A stretch of 32,000 nucleotides of DNA from Dickeya solani IPO 2222 (GTDB lineage: Bacteria > Pseudomonadota > Gammaproteobacteria > Enterobacterales > Enterobacteriaceae). The position numbers were made by a program, and so were the translations under genes. The stretch lies in assembly GCF_001644705.1 (NCBI RefSeq), contig NZ_CP015137.1, forward strand, positions 2,760,001-2,792,000. Direction: 5' to 3'. The first letter of the stretch is position 1; every line of letters starts with the position of its first letter. The notes below the pieces were generated by a model. That model was not told the origin of the DNA, ran no database searches, and saw only the letters and a list, made by a program, of their open reading frames with translations. Of the stretch, positions 6,032 to 17,710 are shown in pieces.

Positions 6032-7333
6032 TTACAGCACCAGATGACCGATGGCGAAGCCAAAGGTCACCGACAGCGAAATCGCCACCACCCCGGGGAT
6101 CAGAAACGCGTGGTTGAACACGTACTTGCCAATGCGGGTCGAGCCGGTGTCATCCATTTCCACCGCCGCCAACAGCGTGGGGTAGGTGGGTAACACGAAC
6201 AGAGCCGATACCGCGGCAAACGAGGCAATCGCCGTCACCGGGCTGACGCCCAGCAGCAGCGCGGCCGGCATCAGCGCTTTGGCGGTGGCGGCTTGCGAAT
6301 AGAGCAACGTCGCGGCGAAGAACAGCACCACCGCCAGCATCCACGGATGGCTCTGCAATAACGTGCCCGCCGTGCTCTGAATATCGGCAAGATGCGCTTT
6401 GACGAAGGTATCGCCCAGCCAGGCGACGCCCATTACGCACACGCAGGCGCTCATGCCGGACTTGAAGGTGCTGGCGCTGAGGATATGGGAGGTATCGACC
6501 CGGCAGGTCAGGCAGATCAACGTGGCGATGGTCAGCATGAACACCACAATCGCTTCGTTGCGCGGCAACACTGGGTTATGAATCAGCCCGACGGTATCGC
6601 TGATGGCGGTGGCGTACAGCACCACGGCGACGATGCCGACCAGAAACAATCCGACCGACAGTTTGGCGCCCGGTTTCAGGGCCAGTTGACCGTGACCGCG
6701 CAGGGTGACTTCGCCTTTGCGCAGGCGCTCCTGGTAGACCTTGTCATCTTTCAGCTCTTTGCCGAGAAAGTTGGTGAGCACGGCGGTCAGCAGGATGGCA
6801 ATCAGCGTACTGGGAATGCAGATGCCGAGCAGCGCCAGATAGCTCACGCCTTTCGGCTCCAGCAGACCGGCGACGAAGACCACGGCGGCAGAGATCGGCG
6901 AGGCGGTAATGGCTATCTGCGAGGCGATCACCGCGATCGACAACGGACGAGACGGGCGGATGCCCTGTTCCTTCGCCACCTCGGCGATAACCGGCAGGGT
7001 GGAGAATGCGGTGTGGCCGGTGCCCGCCAGCAGCGTCATAAAATAGGTCACCAGCGGGGCGAGAAAGGTGACGTAACGTGGCTGACGGCGCAGCAGCTTT
7101 TCCGCCAGACTGACCAGATAATCCATGCCGCCTGCCACCTGCATGGCGGCGATGGCGGCGATGACCGCCATGATGATTTCAATCACGTCGAACGGGATCG
7201 CGCCCGGCTTGATGTGAAACCCTAACGTCAGGACCAGTACGCCCAGCCCACCGGCGAAACCGATGCCGATGCCGCCGAGTCTGGCGCCCAAATAAATGGC
7301 GAGAAGTACGATAAGCAGTTCCAGAATAACCAT
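6032..7333 (-). CDS. dcuA: Anaerobic C4-dicarboxylate transporter DcuA
   Basis: This is a 433-aa polytopic membrane protein, the same length as E. coli DcuA. It lies directly downstream of aspA as in E. coli. Confidence 0.94.
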   Translation of the reverse strand: MVILELLIVLLAIYLGARLGGIGIGFAGGLGVLVLTLGFHIKPGAIPFDVIEIIMAVIAAIAAMQVAGGMDYLVSLAEKLLRRQPRYVTFLAPLVTYFMTLLAGTGHTAFSTLPVIAEVAKEQGIRPSRPLSIAVIASQIAITASPISAAVVFVAGLLEPKGVSYLALLGICIPSTLIAILLTAVLTNFLGKELKDDKVYQERLRKGEVTLRGHGQLALKPGAKLSVGLFLVGIVAVVLYATAISDTVGLIHNPVLPRNEAIVVFMLTIATLICLTCRVDTSHILSASTFKSGMSACVCVMGVAWLGDTFVKAHLADIQSTAGTLLQSHPWMLAVVLFFAATLLYSQAATAKALMPAALLLGVSPVTAIASFAAVSALFVLPTYPTLLAAVEMDDTGSTRIGKYVFNHAFLIPGVVAISLSVTFGFAIGHLVL

Positions 7334-7454
7334 GTTGATGTTCCTTCTGATTTTGTTGTCCGTGACATTGCAAAACGTCTTTCCATATCTTTTTCTTATG
7401 GCTTTAGGCGAAAGCCTGCCCTTTTGCGGCGCGGATAAAATAGCGGATAGAATA

Positions 7455-7488
7455 AAGGCACGCAGCCCGGACAGGACTGACGTGCCTT
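7455..7488 (-). terminator. Hairpin downstream of aspA (AAGGCACG … CGTGCCTT)
   Basis: An 8-bp stem lies 21 nt after the aspA stop. On the minus strand it is followed by the T-rich TATTCTATCC. The U-tract is weak. Confidence 0.4.
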
Positions 7489-7508
7489 ACGGAGAAAGCG
7501 TCGCGGAA

Positions 7509-8948
7509 TTAGGACGCGTCTTGATCTTCGGTGTAGCGTTTGGCTTTGTAAGCCGGGTGCATCAGGTTTTGCACCGAGAAGATGTCGTCCAGTTCGGCTT
7601 CGGTCAGCAGACCGCGTTCCAGCACCACTTCACGCACGCTCTTGCCGGTTTCGGCGCAGATCTTGCCGACGATGTCGCCGTTGTGGTGACCGATGAACGG
7701 GTTCAGGTACGTGACGATGCCGATGGAGTTAAACACGTAGGATTCGCAAACGTCTTTGTTGGCGGTGATGCCTTCGACGCATTTCTCCAGCAGGTTGTAG
7801 CAGGCGTTGGTCAGAATCTGGGTGGATTCGAACATTGCCTGGCCGATGACCGGTTCCATCACGTTCAACTGCAACTGGCCGGCTTCGGCCGCCATGGTGA
7901 CGCAGGTGTCGTTGCCGATGACCTTGAAGCACACCTGGTTAACCACCTCCGGCACCACCGGGTTGACCTTGGCGGGCATGATGGAGGAACCGGCCTGCAA
8001 CTCCGGCAGGTTGATTTCGTTCAGGCCGGCGCGCGGGCCGGAAGAGAGCAGGCGCAGGTCGTTACAGATCTTGGACAGTTTAACCGCCAGACGTTTCAGC
8101 GTACTGTGCACCATCACGTAGGCGCCGCAGTCGGAGGTGGCTTCGATCAGGTCTTCCGCCGGTACGCACGGCAGTTTGCTTACTTCCGCCAGCTTTTGCA
8201 CCGCCAGCGGCTGATAGCCTTCCGGGGTGTTCAGACGGGTGCCGATAGCGGTGGCGCCGAGGTTCACTTCCAGCAGCAGCTCCGCGGTGCGCAGCAGGTT
8301 TTTGTTCTCTTCTTTCAGCAGGACGTTGAAAGCGTGGAACTCCTGGCCCAGCGACATCGGTACGGCATCCTGCAACTGGGTACGACCCATTTTCAGGATG
8401 TTTTCGAATTCTTTCGCCTTTTGCTCAAAGCCATCACCCAGTACGGTTACGGCTTCGACCAGTTTCAGAATGCAGTTGTACACCGCGATGCGGAAACCGG
8501 TGGGGTAGGCGTCGTTGGTGGACTGACATTTGTTGACGTGGTCATTGGGGTTCAGATACTGATATTCCCCTTTTTTATGACCCAGCAGTTCCAGACCAAT
8601 GTTGGCCAGTACTTCGTTGGTGTTCATGTTGACGGACGTGCCCGCGCCGCCCTGGAACACGTCGACCGGAAACTGGTCCAGACATTTGCCGTTGACCAAC
8701 ACTTCATCGCAGGCTTTGATGATGGTGTCGGCAATCTTGCGCGGTATGGTCTGAAGTTCACGGTTAGCCATGGCCGCGGCTTTTTTGACCATTACCATGC
8801 CGCGTACGAATTCCGGGATGTCGCTGATTTTCTGGTTGCTGATATAGAAGTTTTCTATCGCGCGCAGCGTGTGGACGCCGTAATAGGCATCAGCCGGAAC
8901 TTCTCTGGTACCTAACAGATCTTCTTCAATGCGAATGTTATCTGACAT
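7509..8948 (-). CDS. aspA: Aspartate ammonia-lyase
   Basis: The 479-aa protein starts [34 protein letters not shown] and carries the fumarate-lyase signature [11 protein letters not shown]. Confidence 0.97.
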   Translation of the reverse strand: MSDNIRIEEDLLGTREVPADAYYGVHTLRAIENFYISNQKISDIPEFVRGMVMVKKAAAMANRELQTIPRKIADTIIKACDEVLVNGKCLDQFPVDVFQGGAGTSVNMNTNEVLANIGLELLGHKKGEYQYLNPNDHVNKCQSTNDAYPTGFRIAVYNCILKLVEAVTVLGDGFEQKAKEFENILKMGRTQLQDAVPMSLGQEFHAFNVLLKEENKNLLRTAELLLEVNLGATAIGTRLNTPEGYQPLAVQKLAEVSKLPCVPAEDLIEATSDCGAYVMVHSTLKRLAVKLSKICNDLRLLSSGPRAGLNEINLPELQAGSSIMPAKVNPVVPEVVNQVCFKVIGNDTCVTMAAEAGQLQLNVMEPVIGQAMFESTQILTNACYNLLEKCVEGITANKDVCESYVFNSIGIVTYLNPFIGHHNGDIVGKICAETGKSVREVVLERGLLTEAELDDIFSVQNLMHPAYKAKRYTEDQDAS

Positions 8949-9128
8949 GAGAGCCTTCTCTTACTTCTGTCGATTAGAATTTATAGGATGTATCGTCTTA
9001 CCGTGGAGGACAACAGCAGAATGTTTAACCATCATGCTTGCTGTTGTTGTTATGATATTCTGTTGTTATGCAGGATTTCCGTTGCCCCGATCACATATGG
9101 GCGGTCATCTCTCTCCTACTGTGTGAAC

Positions 9129-9144
9129 TGTGATGGGGGTCATG
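9129..9144. promoter_or_regulatory. CRP-like half-good site TGTGA-TGGGGG-TCATG in the aspA/fxsA intergenic region
   Basis: It matches TGTGA-N6-TCA of the CRP consensus and lies about 190 bp upstream of the aspA ATG. E. coli aspA is CRP/FNR-dependent. This is pattern match only. Confidence 0.25.
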
Positions 9145-9387
9145 ACCGTAGTGCAGGATAAACGGATACATCACCATCATGGTTGAAAAACGGCGTTTGC
9201 ACTACCATCTCCTGATTAGCGTCCGCCAGTATGGTAAAGACGTGTTCAAGTATAGGGTACTCTACCACGCTAACTGGTCGTATCTTCATACCTGATCGTG
9301 ATGACAACGCGAGGTAAGGAATATTACCGCGTGTTGCTGGGTAAACATTTTTATCAACGGGTTACATCTCAACCACAGGAGCTTTGG

Positions 9388-9906
9388 GTGCGCTGGTTAC
9401 CGCTTTTGCTGATTTTTCTGTTCGTTTACATCGAAGTCTCCATTTTCATTCGGGTGGCTGAAGTGCTTGGCGTGGCGCCCACCCTGCTGTTGGTGGTGCT
9501 GACATCCTGTATCGGGATTTCCATGGTGCGTAACCAGGGCGTGAAGAACATCATGCTGATGCAGCAGCGCCTGCAGGCGGGGGAAAGCCCGGCTGCCGAA
9601 CTGGTTAAAAGCGTATCCTTGATACTGGCCGGTTTCCTGCTGGTAGTGCCGGGATTTTTCACCGACTTTCTCGGCTTGTTGCTGCTGCTGCCGCCGGTGC
9701 AGAAGCATCTGACGCTCAAGCTGATGCCGCACCTGCAAATCTGGCGCGGCCGTCCGGGTCCGGGCGGTCACGGCGGGCAGGGCAATGTGTTTGAAGGCGA
9801 GTTTCAGCGCAAAGACGAGCATGAGCGGCTGGACAAATCCGCTGACGACCATCATAAAGACGACCACCACGACGGTAACCCGCCCAACGGCTCTTCACCA
9901 CGTTGA
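9388..9906 (+). CDS. fxsA: FxsA (F-exclusion suppressor, inner-membrane protein)
   Basis: (V)RWLPLLLIFLFVYIEVSIFI… and LLLLPPVQKHLTLKLMPHL match E. coli FxsA, which starts MRWLPF. A GTG start at 9388 has AGGAG 7 nt upstream. The ORF-track start at 9298 adds 30 unsupported residues. Confidence 0.88.
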   Translation: MRWLPLLLIFLFVYIEVSIFIRVAEVLGVAPTLLLVVLTSCIGISMVRNQGVKNIMLMQQRLQAGESPAAELVKSVSLILAGFLLVVPGFFTDFLGLLLLLPPVQKHLTLKLMPHLQIWRGRPGPGGHGGQGNVFEGEFQRKDEHERLDKSADDHHKDDHHDGNPPNGSSPR

Positions 9907-9988
9907 CCCTGGTCGGAAGGGGCGTGGAACGATGCCGGGCGCTGGCTGGCGGAAAAATTTCACTTAACGCAAAAAAAATTTCTTTTTT

Positions 9989-10018
9989 CCCTTGAAGCGT
10001 CGTGAAACGTCCCCACTT
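9989..10018 (+). promoter_or_regulatory. Sigma32 heat-shock promoter of groESL
   Basis: CCCTTGAA (9989-9996), 14-nt spacer, CCCCACTT (10011-10018). Compare the consensus CTTGAA-N13-14-CCCCATNT and the E. coli groE promoter. Confidence 0.8.
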
Positions 10019-10066
10019 AGTTCACCACAAGGCCGGATGCCAGAGCGCATTCGGCGTTTAACCTAA

Positions 10067-10393
<327 letters not shown>

Positions 10394-10416
10394 TCTCACG
10401 TAATCATCTGAACTGA

Positions 10417-12090
<1,674 letters not shown>

Positions 12091-12145
12091 TCTGCCGCGC
12101 GACCACAGCGATATCCTCGCTGTGGTGCCTGTCGCACTGTAAAAA

Positions 12146-12175
12146 CTACCCGGCTTCGGCCGGGTAGTTTTTTTT
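12146..12175 (+). terminator. Rho-independent terminator of groESL
   Basis: CTACCCGGC-TTCG-GCCGGGTAG is followed by T8. An additional hairpin CCACAGCGA…TCGCTGTGG lies at 12103-12125. Confidence 0.9.
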
Positions 12176-12414
12176 AAGGGCTACGGGTAGGCATGGGTAA
12201 CTGCAGGAACGTATCTCATGTGTGATGAGGTTTGCCTCTCCACTAGTTTGCAACAGGGTGTGAGCTGGGCTGAGATGTTGTGTGAAAATCACTCAAATCG
12301 TTAACGCGCGGTTCGGAACCTGTTATCAGCGTACGATTCTTCGCTACAATGAGCATCTGCGCTACAATAAGCGCGTTTTATTTTATTTATTAAACACCGT
12401 GTGGAATGGGATAC

Positions 12415-12930
12415 ATGTCTGATGAGGCGTTGGCTAGCCTGCACTCGGTTGAGTGGTGCGCGCCTGAAGATTTACCCGCGTCAGCAGTGGATTGGCTGGT
12501 TTACCGCGATTCTATGACGCGTCGTTTGGAACGGCATTGCTTGCGGCTGACCGTGCAGGTCAGTGAAGAGCAGTTTGTGTCGTCGCTGGATATGGCTGGC
12601 GAATCGGCGCTGTTGCCGCTGAGTGAGCGCTATTGGCTGCGTGAGGTGACGCTGCTGGGCGACGGCAAACCTTGGTTATTTGGTCGCACGGTGATACCGG
12701 AGCAGACGCTGGAAGAGGCCGATATTGACCTGACGCAGGTCGGTAATACGCCGCTGGGGCGCTATCTGTTTCTGCAGGGACCGCCGCCACGTGACGTGAT
12801 TCAAACCGGCCGAAGCGGGGCGCTGTGGGTGCGGCGTTCACGTTTGCTTTTGTCGGGCAATCCGTTGCTGATCACCGAGCTGTTTTTGCCGGATGCCCCC
12901 GTTTATTTCCCCGACGCCCATCAGGGCTGA
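12415..12930 (+). CDS. ubiC: Chorismate pyruvate-lyase UbiC
   Basis: DSMTRRLE…, ERYWLREVTLLGDGKPWLFGRTVIP, NTPLGRYLF and RRSRLLLSGNPLLITELFLP match E. coli UbiC. The start MSDEAL… parallels E. coli MSHPAL…. The ORF-track start at 12406 is an alternative. Confidence 0.9.
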   Translation: MSDEALASLHSVEWCAPEDLPASAVDWLVYRDSMTRRLERHCLRLTVQVSEEQFVSSLDMAGESALLPLSERYWLREVTLLGDGKPWLFGRTVIPEQTLEEADIDLTQVGNTPLGRYLFLQGPPPRDVIQTGRSGALWVRRSRLLLSGNPLLITELFLPDAPVYFPDAHQG

Positions 12931-13815
12931 GTGCAGAAGGAGAATCAGGCGTTGGAAAGACTGTTAACGTCAGAACGCTGGGGCGCGTATTGTCGCCTGA
13001 TGCGTATCAACAACCCGATTGGCACCCTGTTGTTGTTATGGCCGACACTGTGGGCGTTGTGGCTGGCAGGTCGTGGAACGCCGGCTCCCTGGACGCTGCT
13101 GGTGTTCGTGGCGGGCGTGTTCCTGATGCGTGCGGCAGGGTGTGTGATCAATGACTATGCCGACCGCCATTTTGACGGTCATGTTAAACGCACCGCTGCG
13201 CGACCGTTGCCGGCTGGTTTGGTGAGCGAACAATCTGCCAAGGTGCTGTTTGTGTTGTTGGTGCTGCTGGCGTTCGGCCTGGTGTTGACCATGAATTCGT
13301 TGACCATCTGGTTATCGGTCGCCGCGCTGGCATTGGCTTGGGTATATCCGTTCATGAAGCGGGTCAGCAACCTGCCGCAATTGGTGCTGGGCGCGGCGTT
13401 TGGCTGGTCAATCCCGATGGCTTACGCCGCTGTCAGCGAATCATTGCCTGCCACCTGCTGGCTGATGTTTTTTGCTTATATCTGCTGGACCGTCGCTTAC
13501 GACACCGAATACGCCATGGTGGATCGCGACGACGACCTCAAGATCGGGATAAAGTCCACCGCCATCCTGTTTGGCAGTCACGACACGCTGATTATCGGCG
13601 TGCTGCAATTGATGACGCTGGTGGCGATGCTGGCGCTGGGGCGGATGATGGAGCTGAGCCAGATTTTTTACTGGTCGGTGCTGGTGGCTGCCGCTTTGTT
13701 CGCTTATCAGCAGAAACTGATAGCCGGGCGTGAACGCGATGACTGTTTTCGTGCATTCAACAATAACAATTATGTCGGCATGGCACTGTTTTTCGGCATT
13801 CTGTTCGGTTTGTAA
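12931..13815 (+). CDS. ubiA: 4-hydroxybenzoate octaprenyltransferase UbiA (start ambiguous: GTG 12931 or TTG 12952)
   Basis: [23 protein letters not shown]…, [21 protein letters not shown] and [26 protein letters not shown] match E. coli UbiA. See the finding on the start codon. Confidence 0.93.
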   Translation: MQKENQALERLLTSERWGAYCRLMRINNPIGTLLLLWPTLWALWLAGRGTPAPWTLLVFVAGVFLMRAAGCVINDYADRHFDGHVKRTAARPLPAGLVSEQSAKVLFVLLVLLAFGLVLTMNSLTIWLSVAALALAWVYPFMKRVSNLPQLVLGAAFGWSIPMAYAAVSESLPATCWLMFFAYICWTVAYDTEYAMVDRDDDLKIGIKSTAILFGSHDTLIIGVLQLMTLVAMLALGRMMELSQIFYWSVLVAAALFAYQQKLIAGRERDDCFRAFNNNNYVGMALFFGILFGL

Positions 13816-13849
13816 CTAATATTTGTAGCTGTTTTCTTTGTAATAAATG

Positions 13850-13878
13850 CAGCCCTGCGGAGTTGCTCCGCAGGGCTG
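13850..13878. terminator. Bidirectional terminator hairpin between convergent ubiA and plsB
   Basis: This is a perfect 13-bp stem: CAGCCCTGCGGAG-TTG-CTCCGCAGGGCTG. Confidence 0.75.
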
Positions 13879-13882
13879 AACG

Positions 13883-16366
13883 TCACTCTGCTTCTTCCTT
13901 TTCGGCGTCGCTGACAACGGCAACGGACTCGTTGTCGTCGCTCTCCTGCGCCAGACTGGCGCTTTCAATCGTCAGCTTCACTTCCGGAGTCAGTAGCTCG
14001 CCCAGAATGGCGTAAATCGCCTGGACGTGTTCCAGCACGGCTTCGCCACTGTCACCGACATACCCTTCGTTACGCAACGTGTTGACCAGCGTTGAGAACA
14101 CCGCCTTGTCGAAAAACTCCGGCGCGTTGATGCCGTGCAACACTGAGAGACGTTGCGCCATGCTGCGGCTTTCTTTTTCCAGCACGCCGCGGCTGATGGT
14201 CGGGTTAGCGTTCAGCAACGCCAGGGTAATGGCGTAACGCTGCAACGTTTCGCGGATACCGGCGGCCAGCAGTTGCAGGGCACGAATACGCGCGGGGTTC
14301 AGTTCCAGCCCGTCATCTTTGATCAGAATCAGCTGTTGCCGCGCGAGCTCGGCGACCAGCGCGTCCAGCACATCAGACAGTTCGGACTTCTTGTAATGCA
14401 GGAACAATTCGGCCTGCAACAGCGGATAAATCAGCGTTATCTGGCGCAGCAATTCCTCGGCGGAGATCCGACGGTAATGCATCACGATGCTGGCAACCAG
14501 CGACGGCAGCACCAGCATGTGGTGGATATTATTGCGGTAGTACGTCATCAGCACCGCCTGCTCGCGGGGCAGGATGATAATGTCGCCGACTTTGTCTTTT
14601 TCCACCTCGAACTTGTCCATACCGAGTGCGTGCTCCAGCAACTCGGTGGCGGTTTTGTTCGGCACGGTGATATCGCTGCTGTAAGGAACGTTACGCAGCA
14701 GTTGCAGATAGCACTCCAGTTGCTCTTCCATCTGCTCGCGCGTTAGCGCACGTTGGCGGGAAGCCAGCAGCGCGGTGCAGCAGAGGTTCATGGCGTTGGC
14801 CGCCGCCGCATTGTTGATGCGCACCATGATGTCGTCGGCGATATCCTGTACGGTAGGCGTCAGCCAGGCCGGGCGTTGCGGATCGATAGGATCGATAGCG
14901 TCGCGCCACTGCGGCACTCGGTTGTTGAGGTAGGTGGTTAGTGACAGCGGCTCGCCGATGTTAACGTACCCCTGGCCGAGATTACGCAGCTTGCGCAGTC
15001 CGCGCACCATCTGCAGGAAGCCTTCTTTTTCCTTGGTGGCGCCACGCAGCTCTTTGGCGTAGGTGCCTACTTCCATCACGTGTTCGTAGCCAATGTAAAT
15101 CGGTACCAGTGTGATCGGGCGGGTGCCGCCGCGCAGCATCGCCTGAATAGTCATCGCCAGCGTGCCGGTTTTCGGTTCCAGCAAACGGCCGGTGCGGGAA
15201 CGGCCGCCTTCGACGAAGTACTCCACCGAATAGCCGCGGGTAAACAACTCGCCCAGATATTCACGGAACAGGGTGGAATAGAGCTTGTTGCCTTTGAAGG
15301 TACGGCGGATGAAAAAGGCGCCGAGACGGCGGAAGATCGGGCCGGCCGGCCAGAAGTTAAGGTTAATGCCGGCGGCGATATGCGGCGGCACCAGACCCTG
15401 ATGATAGAGCACGTAGGAGAGCAGCAGATAGTCCATGTGGCTGCGATGGCAGGGAACATAGACGATTTCATGTCCATCCTGCGCCAGTTGACGTACCCGC
15501 TCGGCGTTATTCACGTTGATGCCTTGGTACAGCCGGTTCCAGGTCCAGCCCAGCACCCGGTCGGATAGCCTAACGGCTTCATAGGAGAAGTCGGCGGCAA
15601 TCTCTTCCAGCAGCGTGATAGCGTTCTGCTGTGCCTTGTCGTGGGAAATCTTCTTGACCCGCGCTTCATCTTCAATCGCTTTGGCGATGGCGCGGGAAGA
15701 CAATAGCCTGTTGAACAACTCCTGACGGACCGGCAAACGCGGGCCGACGGCCGCCAGTCGCAAACGGGAGAAGTGCATACGCGCCACGCGCGCCAGTTTG
15801 TGGGCGATGGTCTTGTCGGTGCCGTGCTCAGTCGCCATGTAACGCAGCGAGACGGGAACGGAGAAGCGCACAAAGCTGTCGCGACCCAGCCACAAAATGG
15901 CGAAGAATTTCTCTATGCCGTTCAGCAACCGCAGATGCGGCGTGTCCTGATTCTGCCCCTCACGGCCGGGGGAGCGGCCAAACATGACCGACACCGGCAC
16001 CATCTGTATATCGAGCTCCGGATTGTTGCGATGCAAATCCAGATAGTCGTGGAACAGTTTTATCGACTGCTGTTTAGGCACGTAGTAACGGAACAGGCGT
16101 GGGCCGTCATTGATAAATACGTGGCTCGGCAGGGTTTTTCCGTCGATCTCCAGCGGCTGCAACGGATCGGGCAGATTGAGCTCCAGACATTTGGTGCGCA
16201 GCGTCAGCAGATCCGCCTTGGAGTTGTAGGGCAGCACATAGAAGATCGGCCGCGCCGGATCCAGACGTTGTTCGTTAACGGGATCCTGTGGGATAACCTT
16301 ACTTTTTACCAAAAGTTTTAGTGGGAAATTCAGTAGTTTATAGTAGATTCTACGCCAACCTGACAT
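13883..16366 (-). CDS. plsB: Glycerol-3-phosphate acyltransferase PlsB
   Basis: [23 protein letters not shown]…, the acyltransferase [10 protein letters not shown] motif, and near-colinear identity to E. coli PlsB. I set the start at Met13 to match E. coli MSGWPRIYY. The ORF-track start is 16402. There is an acidic C-terminal extension relative to E. coli. Confidence 0.96.
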   Translation of the reverse strand: MSGWRRIYYKLLNFPLKLLVKSKVIPQDPVNEQRLDPARPIFYVLPYNSKADLLTLRTKCLELNLPDPLQPLEIDGKTLPSHVFINDGPRLFRYYVPKQQSIKLFHDYLDLHRNNPELDIQMVPVSVMFGRSPGREGQNQDTPHLRLLNGIEKFFAILWLGRDSFVRFSVPVSLRYMATEHGTDKTIAHKLARVARMHFSRLRLAAVGPRLPVRQELFNRLLSSRAIAKAIEDEARVKKISHDKAQQNAITLLEEIAADFSYEAVRLSDRVLGWTWNRLYQGINVNNAERVRQLAQDGHEIVYVPCHRSHMDYLLLSYVLYHQGLVPPHIAAGINLNFWPAGPIFRRLGAFFIRRTFKGNKLYSTLFREYLGELFTRGYSVEYFVEGGRSRTGRLLEPKTGTLAMTIQAMLRGGTRPITLVPIYIGYEHVMEVGTYAKELRGATKEKEGFLQMVRGLRKLRNLGQGYVNIGEPLSLTTYLNNRVPQWRDAIDPIDPQRPAWLTPTVQDIADDIMVRINNAAAANAMNLCCTALLASRQRALTREQMEEQLECYLQLLRNVPYSSDITVPNKTATELLEHALGMDKFEVEKDKVGDIIILPREQAVLMTYYRNNIHHMLVLPSLVASIVMHYRRISAEELLRQITLIYPLLQAELFLHYKKSELSDVLDALVAELARQQLILIKDDGLELNPARIRALQLLAAGIRETLQRYAITLALLNANPTISRGVLEKESRSMAQRLSVLHGINAPEFFDKAVFSTLVNTLRNEGYVGDSGEAVLEHVQAIYAILGELLTPEVKLTIESASLAQESDDNESVAVVSDAEKEEAE

Positions 16367-16494
16367 AACAACCAGAAGCCTCTTGTTAGCAATGCGGGCC
16401 AAGGATACCAGAAACCCGGCAGGATATCTGTGGTGATGAGACCATGACGACGCGTTAAAATTGCGGCCAATGACAAATTAAAGGTGGAGTAAGC

Positions 16495-16860
16495 ATGAAC
16501 AAAACAACCGGAATAACCCGTATTGTCAAGGCGGCGGGTTATTCGCTACAAGGGTTGAAACAGGCATGGCGGCACGAGGCAGCATTTCGCCAGGAATCAT
16601 TACTCACGCTTGCCGCGATTATTATTGCCTGCTGGCTGCCGGTTGCAATGGTCGAGCGGCTGCTGTTGATCGGTTCCGTGGTGCTGATCGTGCTGTTTGA
16701 GCTGGTCAACAGCGCTATTGAAGCGGTGGTGGATCGGGTCGGTATGGATTACCACGAACTGTCCGGCCGGGCGAAGGACATCGGTTCGGCGGCGGTATTT
16801 GTCGCCTGTTTGCTGGCGGCAGGAATATGGGGGGCGATACTGTGGAATCGTTTTGCGTGA
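16495..16860 (+). CDS. dgkA: Diacylglycerol kinase DgkA
   Basis: The 121-aa protein has 3 TM segments. [27 protein letters not shown]… and [13 protein letters not shown] match E. coli DgkA. It is divergent from plsB as in E. coli. Confidence 0.93.
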   Translation: MNKTTGITRIVKAAGYSLQGLKQAWRHEAAFRQESLLTLAAIIIACWLPVAMVERLLLIGSVVLIVLFELVNSAIEAVVDRVGMDYHELSGRAKDIGSAAVFVACLLAAGIWGAILWNRFA

Positions 16861-16924
16861 CGCTTTGCATAATCGCAGAAAAATCTGCGCAATAGCGTTA
16901 TCGCGGTTCCCATCGGCACTTTCC

Positions 16925-16961
16925 CTGTATATACTCACAGCGAAACTGTATAAACAACCAG
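16925..16961 (+). promoter_or_regulatory. Two LexA (SOS) boxes upstream of lexA
   Basis: CTGTATATACTCACAG lies at 16925-16940 and CTGTATAAACAACCAG at 16946-16961. Both fit CTGT-N8-ACAG and are arranged as in the E. coli lexA promoter. Confidence 0.9.
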
Positions 16962-16969
16962 GGGGCGGA

Positions 16970-17581
16970 ATGAAAGCGCTAACTACCAGACAACAGCAGG
17001 TTTATGATCTGATTCGTGATCATATTTCACAAACCGGTATGCCGCCCACCCGGGCCGAAATCGCCAGTCAGCTTGGCTTCCGCTCGCCGAATGCGGCTGA
17101 GGAACACCTCAAGGCGCTGGCGCGCAAAGGTGTTATTGAAATCGTCACCGGCGCTTCCCGCGGTATTCGTCTGCTGATGGAAGAAGAAGATCAGGGATTG
17201 CCGTTGATCGGCCGCGTCGCCGCTGGCGAACCGTTGCTGGCGCAACAGCATATCGAATGCCACTATCAGGTCGACCCGGCGATGTTCAAGCCCAGCGCCG
17301 ATTTCCTGCTGCGTGTCAGCGGAATGTCGATGAAGGATATCGGTATTCTGGACGGCGACCTGCTGGCGGTGCATAAAACGCAGGATGTGCGCAACGGCCA
17401 GGTAGTGGTGGCGCGCATTGAAGATGAAGTGACGGTCAAACGACTGAAAAAACAAGGTAATGTTGTACAACTGCTGGCAGAAAATAAAGAATTCGCGCCG
17501 ATCGTTGTCGATCTGCGGGAGCAAAATTTCTCGATTGAAGGATTGGCGGTCGGCGTGATCCGCAACAGCGACTGGAGCTAA
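16970..17581 (+). CDS. lexA: LexA repressor
   Basis: The protein starts [58 protein letters not shown]…. The Ala-Gly cleavage site (VAAGEP) and the Ser and Lys catalytic regions are present. The ORF-track ORF 16697..17581 is over-extended into dgkA. Confidence 0.97.
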   Translation: MKALTTRQQQVYDLIRDHISQTGMPPTRAEIASQLGFRSPNAAEEHLKALARKGVIEIVTGASRGIRLLMEEEDQGLPLIGRVAAGEPLLAQQHIECHYQVDPAMFKPSADFLLRVSGMSMKDIGILDGDLLAVHKTQDVRNGQVVVARIEDEVTVKRLKKQGNVVQLLAENKEFAPIVVDLREQNFSIEGLAVGVIRNSDWS

Positions 17582-17710
17582 CGCCCCTGCTTTAGTCCGC
17601 CTTTGATGGATGGGTGATGCCGCCCATGCAGGTGTTCAACTTGTCTGGATGAACACCTGTGCTGCCTGGCACTTTGGTGGCCCAGACGGCCCAAACTGAT
17701 CGCGGTGCAT

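Noticed and set aside
7296-8915. A 539-aa ORF antisense to aspA, and similar long antisense ORFs: 3904..4773 (dsbD), 6392..7225 (dcuA), 10579..11646 (groEL), 14153..14746 and 15773..16321 (plsB), 25063..25836 (exuR), 26337..26927 (exuT), 27871..28749 (uxaC), 29425..30039 (uxaB), 30892..31905 (uxaA)
   Set aside because: These are shadow ORFs. Each lies opposite a strongly conserved gene whose G/C-ending codon bias removes TTA/CTA/TCA, which are the antisense stop codons. The translations are repetitive (Q/R/G/V/H-rich) and lack starts with SD sequences.
9021-9161. A 46-codon Cys-rich ORF (MFNHHACCCCYDILLLC…) with GGAGGA 10 nt upstream in the aspA/fxsA spacer; also ORF-track 8929..9126
   Set aside because: The composition follows from the TGTTGTTGTT direct repeats, and the SD spacing is long. 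I have no conservation evidence. It is more likely a regulatory repeat region. It would need Ribo-seq to revive.
9298-9387. N-terminal extensions in the ORF track: fxsA 9298, plsB 16402, lexA 16697, yqjF 22030, yqjK 22654, exuR 25860, exuT 27464, uxaC 27832, uxaB 29422, cutA 5947, yjdC 3785, int 2812
   Set aside because: In each case a downstream start has a better-placed SD and reproduces the remembered E. coli N-terminus and length. Several of the extended starts are TTG/GTG codons or run into the neighbouring gene.
12359-12370. The 12-mer GCGCTACAATAA is shared between the ubiC upstream region (12359-12370) and the exuT/uxaC region (27600-27611)
   Set aside because: Dozens of 12-mer coincidences are expected by chance in 32 kb on two strands. 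Both copies simply contain a -10-like TACAAT.
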